A DNA stretch of 62,702 nucleotides from Candidatus Sumerlaeia bacterium (GCA_033764015.1 JANRJK010000048.1:1-62702); one strand, 5' to 3'. Shown: positions 1 to 9,920, numbered from the stretch's first letter. Numbers and translations: made by a program. The notes: a model not told the origin generated them from the letters alone.

Positions 1-881
1 TCGCGCTGGCCGCGCTGCTGCTCGCGTGGCCGCTGCTGCCGCGGGCGCTCCGCCCTTCCGGGGAGGACGCCGCCGACGCGGAGCGCCCCCGCCGCGCGCT
101 GCTCGGACCGGCCGGGCGCGCGGTCGCGCTGGCGCCAGCGCTCGGCGCAGCCGCCCTCCTCCTGGCGCTGCTCGTCCACCGGCTCGAGCCGTCGCGCAGC
201 CTACCAGCGAACCTCGCCGACGCGTGGAGCCTCGCCGGCCCGGAAGTGTCGAAGACTCTCTCCATCGCCTCCGCCGCCGCGACGCTCTGCGCCGCGCTCG
301 GGCTCGCGCTCGGCCACGCGCTGGCCACGCTGCGGCGTCCCCTCGCCGCGCGACTTGGCCTCGGCGCGCTCTTCCTGCTGCCCGGCCCGGTATGGGGAGT
401 CGCGCTGGCGCTGCTGCTGCGCCCCGAGTGGGCCCCCGCGGGCACCGCCGCGGGGCGGATCCTCGGCGCGCTCTCGGACAGCCACGCGCCGCTGCTGGCG
501 GCCTATTGCCTGCGCTTCGCGGGGCTTTCCGCGCTTGCGGTCGAGTTCGCCTGGCGCCGCTCGCCGTCCGCCTGGCGCGACACCGCGCTGTCCGAGGGCG
601 CGGGCGCCGTGGCGCGCCTGCGGCTCTACGGCTGGCCGCTACTGGCGATGCCGCTCGCCGCCGCGTGGGTGCTGACGTTCGCGCTTTGCGCGGGCGACGC
701 CGGCGCGGCGGTCCTGCTGCTCCCCCCGGGCACCACCACGGGGGCGGTGCGCCTGCTCACGCTCATGCACTTCGCACCGCAGACCGAGGTCGCCGGGCTC
801 TGCCTGCTGCTCTGCCTCCCCGCGCTGCCCGCGGGGCTGCTGCTTGCGGTGCGGGGGTTCGGCCTCCGCACGGGCGCGTAG
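1..881 (+). CDS. ABC transporter permease, Fe3+/thiamine (FbpB-like), 5'-truncated by window edge
   Basis: Frame is open from base 3 to TAG at 881. Very hydrophobic, with a degenerate EAA loop (WRDTALSEGAG...WPLL) and the C-terminal 'LLLPPGTTT...LMH' pattern of FbpB-like permeases. Confidence 0.65.
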   Translation, partial: ALAALLLAWPLLPRALRPSGEDAADAERPRRALLGPAGRAVALAPALGAAALLLALLVHRLEPSRSLPANLADAWSLAGPEVSKTLSIASAAATLCAALGLALGHALATLRRPLAARLGLGALFLLPGPVWGVALALLLRPEWAPAGTAAGRILGALSDSHAPLLAAYCLRFAGLSALAVEFAWRRSPSAWRDTALSEGAGAVARLRLYGWPLLAMPLAAAWVLTFALCAGDAGAAVLLLPPGTTTGAVRLLTLMHFAPQTEVAGLCLLLCLPALPAGLLLAVRGFGLRTGA

Positions 882-884
882 CGC

Positions 885-2570
885 TCACGCCCCCGCCACC
901 GCGTCGGCCACCAGCCGCGGCGTCGCGGGCCTCCCCTCCGCAAGCCGCGCCGAGACCGCCTCGAACACCGCCGCGTCGCGCGCGCGCTCCGCGTCCGAGC
1001 GCTTCGCCAGCGCGTTCATCGGCATGAAGAGCCGCGGATTGCCGCGCAGCTCCGCCTCGTTCCGCGCGAGGAACGCCCAGTACAGCCGCGACACCGGGCA
1101 GTCCTTCTTCGGGCGGAACGCGCACGCGCCGCAGTAGTCGCTCATCTTCTCGATGTACGGCGTCCCCGAAACGTAGGGCTTCGTCGTCATCAGCCCCCCC
1201 AGCGCGTACGTGCCCATGCCGAGCACGTTCGGCTCCACCACCCAGTCGAACGCGTCCACGTAGGCCACCCAGAACCAGTCGGTCAGCTCGCGCGGCGACA
1301 CATCGAGCAGCGTGGCGAGGTTCGAGAGCACCATCAGCCGCGTGATGTGGTGGCTCCACCCCTCGCGCCAGACATCCGCCACCACGTGGTCGAGGCACGC
1401 GAGGCCCGACTCCGCCCCCCAGAACGCCGGCGGCAGCGGACGCGCCGCGCCGAGCGCCGACGGCTCCGCGCCGCCGTCCAACCCCTCCAGCGGAGCGGTT
1501 CCCGGCCACGACGCCCCGGCCCAGCGCGCGAAGCCCGCGTCGCCCGCCTCCGCCGCCACCGGCGGGTCGCCCCCGGGCAGCCGCCGGAAGCCGTCGGTCT
1601 CGACATGCACATGGCGCACGTACTCGCGCCAACCGAGCACCTGGCGGAGGAACCCCTCCTTCGACGCGAGCGGCAGCGGCTCGGCGAGCGCGTCCTCGAC
1701 CACGTCGCGCGGCAGCAGCCGGTGGATGTTCATGAGCGGCGACAGCCGCGTGTGGAACAGCCCCGAAGAGTGGCGGCTCATCGCGTCCTCGTAGGGGCCG
1801 AAGTGCGGCAGGCACTCGCGCCGCGCCCAGCTCCAGAGCGCCCCGGCGTCCTCCGCCGTCGCCGGCAGCGCCTCCGGCCGTAGCGTTCCGGGATGGCGCG
1901 CGAAGCGCTCCGCGACCAGCGCGCAGACTTCCGCCTTCACCGCGTCCATGGGGAAGCCGGGCTCCTCCGGCGCGCGGGGCTCGCCGCGCCACGGCTCGCG
2001 GTTCTCCGCGTCGAAGCTGTACTTCCCGCCGACCGGCTTGCCGCCTTCCATCAGGTAGCCCGACTGCTGCCGCACCAGCCGGTAGAAGGCGTCCATGCGG
2101 AACGCGCCGTCGCGCCCCAGCGACTCGCGGAACTGCGCCCGCGTCGTCAGCCAGCCGTCGTGCGGATGCCGCTCGAGGAGCCCCTCGGCGAGCAGCGGCG
2201 CGAGGTCCGCGCGCACCTCGCGCTCCGCGGGCTCCATCACCGCCAGCGCCCCGCGCCGCGCCGCCGCCGGACGGAGCGCCTCGCGCAGCGGCGCCTCGGT
2301 TTCGAGGTACTCGACCGCGACGCCGCGGCGGGCTTGTTCGAGGGCGAAATGGCGCTGGTTCGCCAGCAGCAGGGCCAGCTTCTGCCGATGGTGCGGGCGC
2401 CGCGCCAGGTGCCAGCGGGTCTCCGTGAGCACGATCCCCGCCTCGCCCGCCTCCATCCGCGCCAGAGGCCCGATCCGGTCCGAAAGCTGGTCGCCATGGA
2501 CGTACACCCACCGCCGCCCCCCGGTCTCGGGAGTCGTCAATGCGTCAAGCTGCTGTCGAAACGTCGCCAT
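885..2570 (-). CDS. Cryptochrome/photolyase family protein, FeS-BCP class (PhrB/CryB-like (6-4) photolyase)
   Basis: N-terminal 'GDQL', 'HHRQKL', 'FRMDAFY', 'GGKYSFDAENR', 'FGPYEDAM', 'HHITRLMV', 'YVDAFDWV', 'KPYVSG..YI.KMSDYC..C....CP'. Four Cys are available for a 4Fe-4S cluster. Confidence 0.9.
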   Translation of the reverse strand: MATFRQQLDALTTPETGGRRWVYVHGDQLSDRIGPLARMEAGEAGIVLTETRWHLARRPHHRQKLALLLANQRHFALEQARRGVAVEYLETEAPLREALRPAAARRGALAVMEPAEREVRADLAPLLAEGLLERHPHDGWLTTRAQFRESLGRDGAFRMDAFYRLVRQQSGYLMEGGKPVGGKYSFDAENREPWRGEPRAPEEPGFPMDAVKAEVCALVAERFARHPGTLRPEALPATAEDAGALWSWARRECLPHFGPYEDAMSRHSSGLFHTRLSPLMNIHRLLPRDVVEDALAEPLPLASKEGFLRQVLGWREYVRHVHVETDGFRRLPGGDPPVAAEAGDAGFARWAGASWPGTAPLEGLDGGAEPSALGAARPLPPAFWGAESGLACLDHVVADVWREGWSHHITRLMVLSNLATLLDVSPRELTDWFWVAYVDAFDWVVEPNVLGMGTYALGGLMTTKPYVSGTPYIEKMSDYCGACAFRPKKDCPVSRLYWAFLARNEAELRGNPRLFMPMNALAKRSDAERARDAAVFEAVSARLAEGRPATPRLVADAVAGA

Positions 2571-2701
2571 CGCGGGCCGCCTCCGGGCGTGGTGGCATGC
2601 GGAGCGGGAAAACGTGCCGGTTTCCCGACAATCCCCTTGATGCTGTAGGGCGCGGCGCGGCGCGATCGGGTCACTTCCCGCTCCGGCCCGCTCCCGCCCC
2701 C

Positions 2702-3580
2702 ATGACCGAACTGCTCTGGCTCAACGGCCAATTCTCCCCGCTCCACGAGGGCCGCGTTTCCGTCCTCGACCGCGGCTTCCACTTCGCCGACGGCATCTAC
2801 GAAGTCATCGCGGTCTACGCCGGACGCATGAGGGCGCCCGAGTACCACCTCGACCGCCTCGAACGGAGCGCCGCCGGCATCCAGCTCCGCACCCGCCTGG
2901 CCCGCGCCCCCCGCCGCGAGGTCCTCCAGCGCCTCATCGACGACTCCGGCGCCGGCGACGCGCTCATCTACGGCCAGGTCACCCGCGGCGCCGCGCTCCG
3001 CGCGCACCCCTTCCCCGCGCCGGAGACCGAGCCCACCGAGCTTTGGTGGATCCGCCCGCTGCCCACCGTCGCGCCGGACGACCGCGCCCGCGGCCTCGAC
3101 GTCATCACGCTCCCGGACGAGCGCTGGGCGAACTGCTGCTTCAAGACCATCGGCCTGCTGCCGAACTGCCTCGCGGCCGAAAAGGCCCGCGCCGCCCGCT
3201 GCCACGAGGCCATCCTAATCGCCGAGGACGGCACCGTCCGCGAGGGCGCCTCCACCAACCTCTTCGCTGTCGTGGACGGAGAGCTCCGCACGCACCCGCT
3301 CACCCGGCGCATCCTGCCCGGCGTGACGCGCCGCCTCGTCGTCGAGCTCGCCGGGCACCTCGGCTTCCCCGCGGTCGAGCGCGCGATCTCCGACCTCGAA
3401 CTCCGCCGCGCGGACGAGGTCTTCCTCACCAGCACCACCAAGGGGGTCGCCGGCGTCGGCACCATCGACGGCCGTCCCGTCGGCACCGGCGGCGTGGGGC
3501 CCACGACGCGGCTGCTCGAGGAAGCCTACTTCGCGATGATCGAGGAGCTCCGCGGCGCGCAGGCGCTCGCCGCGCGCTGA
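2702..3580 (+). CDS. PLP-dependent class IV aminotransferase (D-amino-acid aminotransferase-like)
   Basis: 'DRGFHFADGIYEV', 'QVTRG', catalytic Lys in 'FKTIGLL', 'EGASTN', 'ILPGVTR', 'DEVFLTSTT'. ATG at 2702. Confidence 0.88.
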   Translation: MTELLWLNGQFSPLHEGRVSVLDRGFHFADGIYEVIAVYAGRMRAPEYHLDRLERSAAGIQLRTRLARAPRREVLQRLIDDSGAGDALIYGQVTRGAALRAHPFPAPETEPTELWWIRPLPTVAPDDRARGLDVITLPDERWANCCFKTIGLLPNCLAAEKARAARCHEAILIAEDGTVREGASTNLFAVVDGELRTHPLTRRILPGVTRRLVVELAGHLGFPAVERAISDLELRRADEVFLTSTTKGVAGVGTIDGRPVGTGGVGPTTRLLEEAYFAMIEELRGAQALAAR

Positions 3581-3800
3581 CCCGCCGCCCAGCGTACACT
3601 TCGGACGCGCGCAACCGTACCCATTGGTACGGAGGAACGCCCGCTCCCCGCCCCGGCCGCATGCCACCACAACTTTAAGTCGAACCGCGACAGACTTCTG
3701 TGCTTCTTCCGGCGGATGGTCTCGATTCCTGCATTGAACTAGTCGTCCGAACGAGCGCGAGACCCCGGCTCAGGACCACTACATCGACAGGAGCAGGACC

Positions 3801-4622
3801 ATGAAGACCCTCACCATCATCGCCACCATCGCCTCCGCCACGCTGCTCGCCGCCACGTTCGTCCCGACAACCGCCAACGCCCAGAGCCCCCGCGCCCAGC
3901 GCGCCCCCGGCCTTCAGCAGGGCGGCCCCAAGGCCGGCCAGCGCGGCCCCGACGCCGAGCGCGGTCCCCGCGGCGAAGGCCGCCCGGGCGAGTTCGGCAA
4001 GGCCGCCAAGTTCTGGGAGAACCCGGAAGCGGTCGCCTTCATCGGGCTCAGCGAAACGCAGGTAGCCGCCTTGGCCGCCAACTTCACCACCACGCAGGAG
4101 GCGCTCGACGCGCTTGAAGGCACCACCCGCGACATCCGCGCCCTCATCCAGGAAGAGATGGAAGCGGACGCCCCGAACATGAACACGATCAACGCGCTCG
4201 TCGACGAGGGCGCTAAGCAGCGCACCGACCGCATGAAGATCACGCTCGGCCACCGCGTCGCGGTGCAGACCACGCTTTCCGCCGAGCAGGAAGCGAAGCT
4301 GAAGGAGTGGCGCGAAGAGCAGCGCGAATCCTTCCGCGAGCGCGGCGCCGAAGTGCGCGAGGCGCTCCGCGATGCCGAGACGCTCGAAGAGGCCCAGGCC
4401 ATCCTCGACGAGGCCGGCCTGCCGCCCGAGATGCAGGAGCGCATCCTCGACCGCTGGTCGCAGCGCCACGAGGAAGGCGCCGCTCCTCCCGCCCCCGGCG
4501 CCAAGCGCGGCGCTTGGAAGGGACGCGGCGAAGGCTTCGCCCCGCAAGCCGGCCCCCGCGCCGGTGGGCGCCGCGGCCTTCCGCCCCTTCCGCCCGAGGA
4601 CGCCATGGAAGACGAGTTCTAG
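3801..4622 (+). CDS. Secreted Spy/CpxP/ZraP-like helical periplasmic protein
   Basis: AGGA RBS, Sec signal peptide, 'IGLSETQ' and 'LSAEQ' (LTxxQ-type) motifs, Gly/Pro/Arg-rich tails. Confidence 0.7.
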   Translation: MKTLTIIATIASATLLAATFVPTTANAQSPRAQRAPGLQQGGPKAGQRGPDAERGPRGEGRPGEFGKAAKFWENPEAVAFIGLSETQVAALAANFTTTQEALDALEGTTRDIRALIQEEMEADAPNMNTINALVDEGAKQRTDRMKITLGHRVAVQTTLSAEQEAKLKEWREEQRESFRERGAEVREALRDAETLEEAQAILDEAGLPPEMQERILDRWSQRHEEGAAPPAPGAKRGAWKGRGEGFAPQAGPRAGGRRGLPPLPPEDAMEDEF

Positions 4623-4685
4623 GTCCAGCGAAGCTTCATCGCAGTTCTTCATCCAAGACTTCCAAGCCAAGGGAAGTCTGCCTCC

Positions 4686-4732
4686 AAAAGGGGAAGGCCC
4701 GCACTCGGGGGGAGGGCGGGCCTTCCTCTTTT
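4686..4732. terminator. Bidirectional intrinsic terminator
   Basis: AAAAGGGGAAGGCCCGC...GCGGGCCTTCCTCTTTT inverted repeat between convergent genes, with A and T tracts on either side. Confidence 0.8.
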
Positions 4733-4756
4733 CCAGCATCCTTCGCCAGGTAGTTC

Positions 4757-7700
4757 CTACGGCACCTCGACGACCACCGTGGTCTCGCCACCGCCGGGCA
4801 CCTGCGCCCAGTCCGAGACGCCCAGTTCCTCCGAGCCCCGCGTGACGCGCACGCGGTACTGGCCTTCCGGAAGCCGGAAGAAGCGGATCGACGCGCGGTC
4901 CACCGCGAAGCCCTCGAACAGCACCGACTCGCCGCCGCCGTTCCGCGTCTCCATGCGGAGCTTCAGACCCTGCGGCGCGGCGCCGGAGAGCGGCACGACG
5001 ATCACCTCGGCGGTGCCGGCGGGGATTTCGAAGTCCAGCTCGGAGCCGTCGCCGGAATCCGGCACGTTCACCACCTGCCCGGTGGGAACCGTGGCGTTGT
5101 CGGAGGCGAAGGAGACCGTGTAGTCTCCTGGGAACGCGCGCGCCTCGTAGCGGTTGCCGCCCGCGGATCCGGGCACCAGCACCACCTCGGCGCCGTCCGT
5201 CCGCCGCAGGATCAACGCGTCCTTGTTGGCGCCGGGCTGGCCGTTCACGCTGATCGCGCCGCGCAACAGCTTCTGCTGCGAGAAGTCGATGTCCAGCTCG
5301 CGCTCCTCGCCCGCCGCGAGCTCCGCCACGCGCGTCGTGGTTTCGCCGGTCGCGTCCTCGGAGACCGCGACGGTCCACGAGCCCGCGCTCGGAAGACGCC
5401 GGTCGTACTCGCCGCCCCGCGCGGTGAGCGGCTCGCCGTCCTGCCGGCGACCATCCTTCAGGAAGAACATCGTCGCGCTACGTACGGGCCGCCCGTCCGC
5501 TCCGGTGATCGAGCCGTACAGCCGCGGCGCGGGCTGCAGCTCCAGCACCGCCGGCGCGGAGCCCTCCGCCAGTTCATACGCCGCCTCGTCGGAGGCCGCC
5601 GAGTCGGTGCGCGCGTCGAGGCGGTAGCTCCCCGGCGGCAGCGCCTCGAAGCGGAATGCGCCCGCGCCGTCCGCCACCGTCTCGAGGTACGAGCCCGGCG
5701 CCCCCGGCGGCGGCGCGATGCCGTCCCGCGAGGGGGGATTGAGCAGGCGCACAACCGCGCCCGGCGCGGGCGCGCGCGTGTCCGCCTCGACCACGGAGCC
5801 CAGCAGCGCCAGCCCCGCCTCCAGGCGCACCTGCACCTCCGCCGGCGTGCCGTCGGCGAGCCGTTCGAACTCCTCCACGGCGCTCCCCACGCCTTGCCGC
5901 AGGCCGGAAACCTCGAGCCGGTAGGAGCCCGCCTCCATCCCTTCCACCACCCAAACTCCGGACCCGTCCGTCGAGACCGTGGCGCCGACCACGTCGGTGA
6001 AGCGCCCGTCGTCGCGCAGGCCGGGCTTGAGGAGGCGCGCGCGGAACTCGCCGACCGGCGAGCCGCCGTCGTCCAACACCCTCACCCGCAGGCGCCCGAA
6101 CGGCATCAGGCGGAACTCCAGCCCGGTGTCGTACGCGGTCACGTTGCGCCGCGTCTGCGACTGGTAGCCCTCCGCCTGCGCGGACACCTCCGCGAGGACC
6201 GCGTTCGGCTCCAGCCCAACGATGCGGAAGCGCCCCTCCGCGTCGCTCGTGCCGCCGATGCCGGAGCGGTCCGTCAGCACCGCCGCGCCCTCCACCGGCT
6301 CGCCGGAAAGGCCGTCCCGCACGTAGCCCTCCAAGTACTCCGCGTCCTCGAGGTCGATGCGCACGCCCGAACGGGTTTCCCCCGCCGCCAGCTCCAGCGC
6401 CAGGGGGCGCGTCTGCACGTAGAACGACGACGGCGGCAGCATCGCCGCCAGCGTCACCGCGCCCGGAGCGATCTTCGCGAAGACGATCGCGCCGTCCGGC
6501 TGCGAGAGGGCGCCCTCCTCGAAGATGAGCGCCTCCTTGAACGTTTCGAGGCCCGCGTCCCGCTGCACCCGCACCACGATGTCCGCCACCGGCGACCCTT
6601 GGCTGTCGTAGACGACGCCCTCGATGCTCGCGTAGGGCAGCAGCTCCAGCCGCACCTCCTCGGGTCCGTCCACCCGGAGCACCGTGTTGGCGATCCCGGA
6701 TTCCGTTGAGGCCTCGACTTTCAAGCGCTCACCGGACGGCACGGCCGTGGAGAACTTCCCGAAGGCGTCGGTCTTGAGCGTGGCGAAGAATCGCTCGCCG
6801 ACGATGTGGACCGGGTTGTTCGCGGCGGGAGCGCCGCCGACATCGATCACTTCGCCCTTCAGCTCGAAGCCGCGCCGCAGGGCCGCCTCCACCGTGGTCG
6901 TCTGCGCCGACGAGAGGCCCTCGATGCGGATCTCGCCCGGGGCGAAAGTCGCGTTCACCGCGCCCTCCTCCGCGGGGAAGTAGCCCTCGGGGAACTCGAT
7001 CGGGAACGAAAGCGGCCCGAGCGCGACCGCGTTGGCGAGCGCCACTTCGAAGCGCGCGCGCCCGTCGGCGCCGGTCACCGCCTTCGCCGCCGTCTCGCGC
7101 ACCACCACGTCGTCGATCGGCGAGAAGACGGTGACGCCCTCGACGCCGCGTCCGGATTCCGCATCCGTGAAGAGCGCCTCCACCATCGCGGAGCCGGCGA
7201 GCCGCAACTCCACCTCGTTGTCGTCGCCGCGCAGCACCGTCACCATCACCGACGCCGAGGGCCCGTCGCGGCCGAGCATCTCCGCCGCGGGGCGCGTGGC
7301 GTCGATCTGGTACGCGCCCGCCAGCATCTCGCCGATCGCGAAGCTCCCGTCCGCCTCCGTCGTCGCCGTGCGGAGCGACGTCGCGCGGTCCGTCACGTTG
7401 CCGGAGCGCAGTGTCGCCAGCACGCGCGCGCCCCCCGCGGGCGAACCGTCCGCCTCGTACACCATGCCCCGCAGCGACGCCTCCGAGGGCGTCAGCACAA
7501 TCAGCGTGTCCGTGGTGCCCACCGGCAGCGGGGGCGAGATGCGCGGGAGGAATCCCTTCGCGCTGACCGGAAGCGACACCTCGCGGATCTTCTCGTCGGA
7601 CTCGATCCCGGTCAGGAGGAAGCGCCCCTCCGCATCGGTCCTGGTCCAGCTCGAGGGTTCCTGCGAGGTCGGCACCGTGCCGGCGATGCCGAGCGGCCGC

Positions 7701-8359
7701 GTCCGCGCGTCGCCCACCGTGGCGCCGCCGACGGGGATGCCCTGCGGATCGGTCACCATGCCGCCGATCACCGCGCCCGGCTTGAGGATCAGCGTCGAGC
7801 GCAGCCGGTCGCCGAGTCCCTGCCCTCCGGGGAAGAACATGATCGCGGCCGAATAGCCTTCCTTGGAGGCGCGCCACGCGAGCGTGTCGTTCGGGCCGAG
7901 CTCGCGCTCGGGAAACCGGAAGAACCCGCGCGAGTCGGTGGTCACGGTCGCGAGCGGCGCCGGGTAGCCATCGCGCACCGCCAGGTCGGCGCCCTGGAAG
8001 AGCGTCGCTTCGACCGTGGCGCCTTGGATCGGCTGCATCAGGGGAGCTTCCACCACGAAGCCCGTGAAGCGCTCGACGCGGAACTCGGCCATCGGGTCGG
8101 CGGGCGGGATCGGCGTGGGGTTCGGCGGCGCGTTGCGGTCGCGCTCAGCGGGCGTGGCCTGCGCCGCGGGCGTCTGGGCCGCCGCGGGCGGCGGCGTTGG
8201 GGCCCCGGTCCGGGAGGGTGCGGCGGTGGCGGTCGGCGGCGGGGCGGTGGCGACTTGTTCGCCCCCCCCGCGCAGCATGACCAGCAGCACGGCGATCGCC
8301 GCGACCAGCCCTAGGATTCCCAGCGCGAGCTTGGCGTTCCGCCCCGCTTCGTTCTTCAT
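4757..8359 (-). CDS. Membrane-anchored protein with many carboxypeptidase-regulatory-like (prealbumin-fold) beta-sandwich repeats
   Basis: N-terminal TM helix and Pro/Ala/Thr linker, then repeated 'G.V.D..G.PV.GA.V...TD..GRF....L..G.Y' units. Confidence 0.8.
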   Translation of the reverse strand: MKNEAGRNAKLALGILGLVAAIAVLLVMLRGGGEQVATAPPPTATAAPSRTGAPTPPPAAAQTPAAQATPAERDRNAPPNPTPIPPADPMAEFRVERFTGFVVEAPLMQPIQGATVEATLFQGADLAVRDGYPAPLATVTTDSRGFFRFPERELGPNDTLAWRASKEGYSAAIMFFPGGQGLGDRLRSTLILKPGAVIGGMVTDPQGIPVGGATVGDARTRPLGIAGTVPTSQEPSSWTRTDAEGRFLLTGIESDEKIREVSLPVSAKGFLPRISPPLPVGTTDTLIVLTPSEASLRGMVYEADGSPAGGARVLATLRSGNVTDRATSLRTATTEADGSFAIGEMLAGAYQIDATRPAAEMLGRDGPSASVMVTVLRGDDNEVELRLAGSAMVEALFTDAESGRGVEGVTVFSPIDDVVVRETAAKAVTGADGRARFEVALANAVALGPLSFPIEFPEGYFPAEEGAVNATFAPGEIRIEGLSSAQTTTVEAALRRGFELKGEVIDVGGAPAANNPVHIVGERFFATLKTDAFGKFSTAVPSGERLKVEASTESGIANTVLRVDGPEEVRLELLPYASIEGVVYDSQGSPVADIVVRVQRDAGLETFKEALIFEEGALSQPDGAIVFAKIAPGAVTLAAMLPPSSFYVQTRPLALELAAGETRSGVRIDLEDAEYLEGYVRDGLSGEPVEGAAVLTDRSGIGGTSDAEGRFRIVGLEPNAVLAEVSAQAEGYQSQTRRNVTAYDTGLEFRLMPFGRLRVRVLDDGGSPVGEFRARLLKPGLRDDGRFTDVVGATVSTDGSGVWVVEGMEAGSYRLEVSGLRQGVGSAVEEFERLADGTPAEVQVRLEAGLALLGSVVEADTRAPAPGAVVRLLNPPSRDGIAPPPGAPGSYLETVADGAGAFRFEALPPGSYRLDARTDSAASDEAAYELAEGSAPAVLELQPAPRLYGSITGADGRPVRSATMFFLKDGRRQDGEPLTARGGEYDRRLPSAGSWTVAVSEDATGETTTRVAELAAGEERELDIDFSQQKLLRGAISVNGQPGANKDALILRRTDGAEVVLVPGSAGGNRYEARAFPGDYTVSFASDNATVPTGQVVNVPDSGDGSELDFEIPAGTAEVIVVPLSGAAPQGLKLRMETRNGGGESVLFEGFAVDRASIRFFRLPEGQYRVRVTRGSEELGVSDWAQVPGGGETTVVVEVP

Positions 8360-8462
8360 GAGTCGGCTCCGTCAATGATGCGGACGGCCCCCGGGCGCGC
8401 GAGGCGCGGTTCCCGGGGGCCTTTGGATGGTCAAAGCATGTCGCCCTTGGCGGGGTGTAGGG

Positions 8463-8494
8463 GAAAAAGAACGGGGGGAGTTTCCTCCCCCCGT
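8463..8494 (-). terminator. Intrinsic terminator of the alpha-amylase gene
   Basis: ACGGGGGGAG-TTTC-CTCCCCCCGT perfect stem, followed on the minus strand by TCTTTTT, just after the stop at 8520. Confidence 0.85.
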
Positions 8495-8519
8495 CCGTTC
8501 GGGCCTGCTTGATCCGGAA

Positions 8520-9920
8520 TCAGTAGCCGTCCGGCGCGTACACCGCGTAGCCGCGCGGCGGCGCCCAGACCTCGACCCAGCCGTTGCCATCGCAGTACTT
8601 GCTGGCGGGCTGGTAGTTCTGGCCGCTGTTCGGCGAGTACCAGGCGTAGCACTTGAGCGTCTTGTTGCGGAGGTTGGTGTTCTGGGACTGCACCCAAGAC
8701 CCGCGCCAAGCGTAGCTGTCGTCGTTGATGACGATGATGAAGCCCGGGCTCGACGAGTTGCCGTCGCGGTCGCAGTAGATCAGGCAGTTGCCGTCGTTGG
8801 TCTTCAGAAGGCCGGTGTTCGGGCCGCCGGCGCCGAGCTTCTCGCGCACCCACGTGAGCTGCTTGATGCCGTTGCCCCACTGGCCGCCGACGCTGGCGAG
8901 ACCGTAGTTGAAGTAGTCCTTCCACCACACGCAGGGATAGCCCTGATAGGTCAGCATCCACGCGTACTGGATCATCTTGTCGCGCGTGATCGGGTCGGTG
9001 TCGTGGTTGCCGGCGAAGGTGACCGCGCGGCCGGAGTTCTTCGCGGCGAAGGTCTTGCCCGAGTCGATGTAGTTCGGCATGTAGCCGCCGCCGCCGCCGT
9101 TGTTGCAGATCGCCTCGCCCGTGTACACGCCGGCGAAGTCGAACGCGCCCGAGTCGGCCGCGTTGGCCCACCAGTCCAGCGTCGAGGTGTTGGCGTCCCA
9201 ATACTCGCCGATCGAGTAGGACCAGTTCGTGTACTGGCGGAAGTCCTTCACCATCCAAGGGCCGAAGCCCTTCACGTAGTCCTGGCGCCAGCCGCCGTTG
9301 AAGCCGGCGTTCGCGTCGACCTTCAGCCAGTTGCCCCAGTCCTTAAGGTCGTTCCAGACAAACGGGTTGCGATGGCAGACGTCCGAGTAGCCGCCGAAGG
9401 CGCCTTCGTCGTAGCCCCAGTAGCTGGAGGGGTGGAACTCGTTGTAGTGCCAGAGCGCCTTGCCGGACATCTGGTACTGGAAATTCGTGTAGGTGCTGTA
9501 GCCGAGGTTCGGGTTGTTTTCCGAGGCGCCGCCGGAGCGGTGGTTGAGGACGATGTCGGCCATCGCGACGACGCCGAGGCCGCGGTACGTCGAGGCCGCG
9601 CTCTTCAGTTCGGCGTGCGTGCCGAAACGGGTCGCCGTCCAACCGTGCTGGTTATAGGCGCCGAGGTCGTAGTAGTCGGCCACATCGTAGCCCATCGAAT
9701 AGCCGCCGCCCTGCCCCTTGCACGGGGGCGGGAAGTACATGCGGTTGAGGCCGAAGCCGCCGGCCATGTAGCGCAGGCCGTTCGCATTCGACTTCATCGT
9801 GTTGTACCAGCCCGACGGCGTGTCCCAATAGAAGCCCTGCATCATGACGCCCGCGGACAGCATGGCGGGGACGGCGACGACGGCGGCGAGGGCTGCTGCG
9901 ACCTTCAGTGTGCTCTTCAT
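8520..9920 (-). CDS. Secreted alpha-amylase, GH13 (GH13_7-like)
   Basis: Signal peptide, 'GVMMQGFYWD', 'SMGYD..DYYDLG', 'DIVLNH', catalytic 'GWRQDYVKG', 'GEYWD', 'GNHDTD'. ATG at 9920 follows AGGAGAAGGA. Confidence 0.92.
   Translation of the reverse strand: MKSTLKVAAALAAVVAVPAMLSAGVMMQGFYWDTPSGWYNTMKSNANGLRYMAGGFGLNRMYFPPPCKGQGGGYSMGYDVADYYDLGAYNQHGWTATRFGTHAELKSAASTYRGLGVVAMADIVLNHRSGGASENNPNLGYSTYTNFQYQMSGKALWHYNEFHPSSYWGYDEGAFGGYSDVCHRNPFVWNDLKDWGNWLKVDANAGFNGGWRQDYVKGFGPWMVKDFRQYTNWSYSIGEYWDANTSTLDWWANAADSGAFDFAGVYTGEAICNNGGGGGYMPNYIDSGKTFAAKNSGRAVTFAGNHDTDPITRDKMIQYAWMLTYQGYPCVWWKDYFNYGLASVGGQWGNGIKQLTWVREKLGAGGPNTGLLKTNDGNCLIYCDRDGNSSSPGFIIVINDDSYAWRGSWVQSQNTNLRNKTLKCYAWYSPNSGQNYQPASKYCDGNGWVEVWAPPRGYAVYAPDGY

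Noticed and set aside
3616..3710. Small inverted repeat (CCGTACC...GGTACGG) and an ECF-like GAACC-N17-TTCTT upstream of the Spy-like gene
   Set aside because: Too short and degenerate to tell from chance without comparative data.
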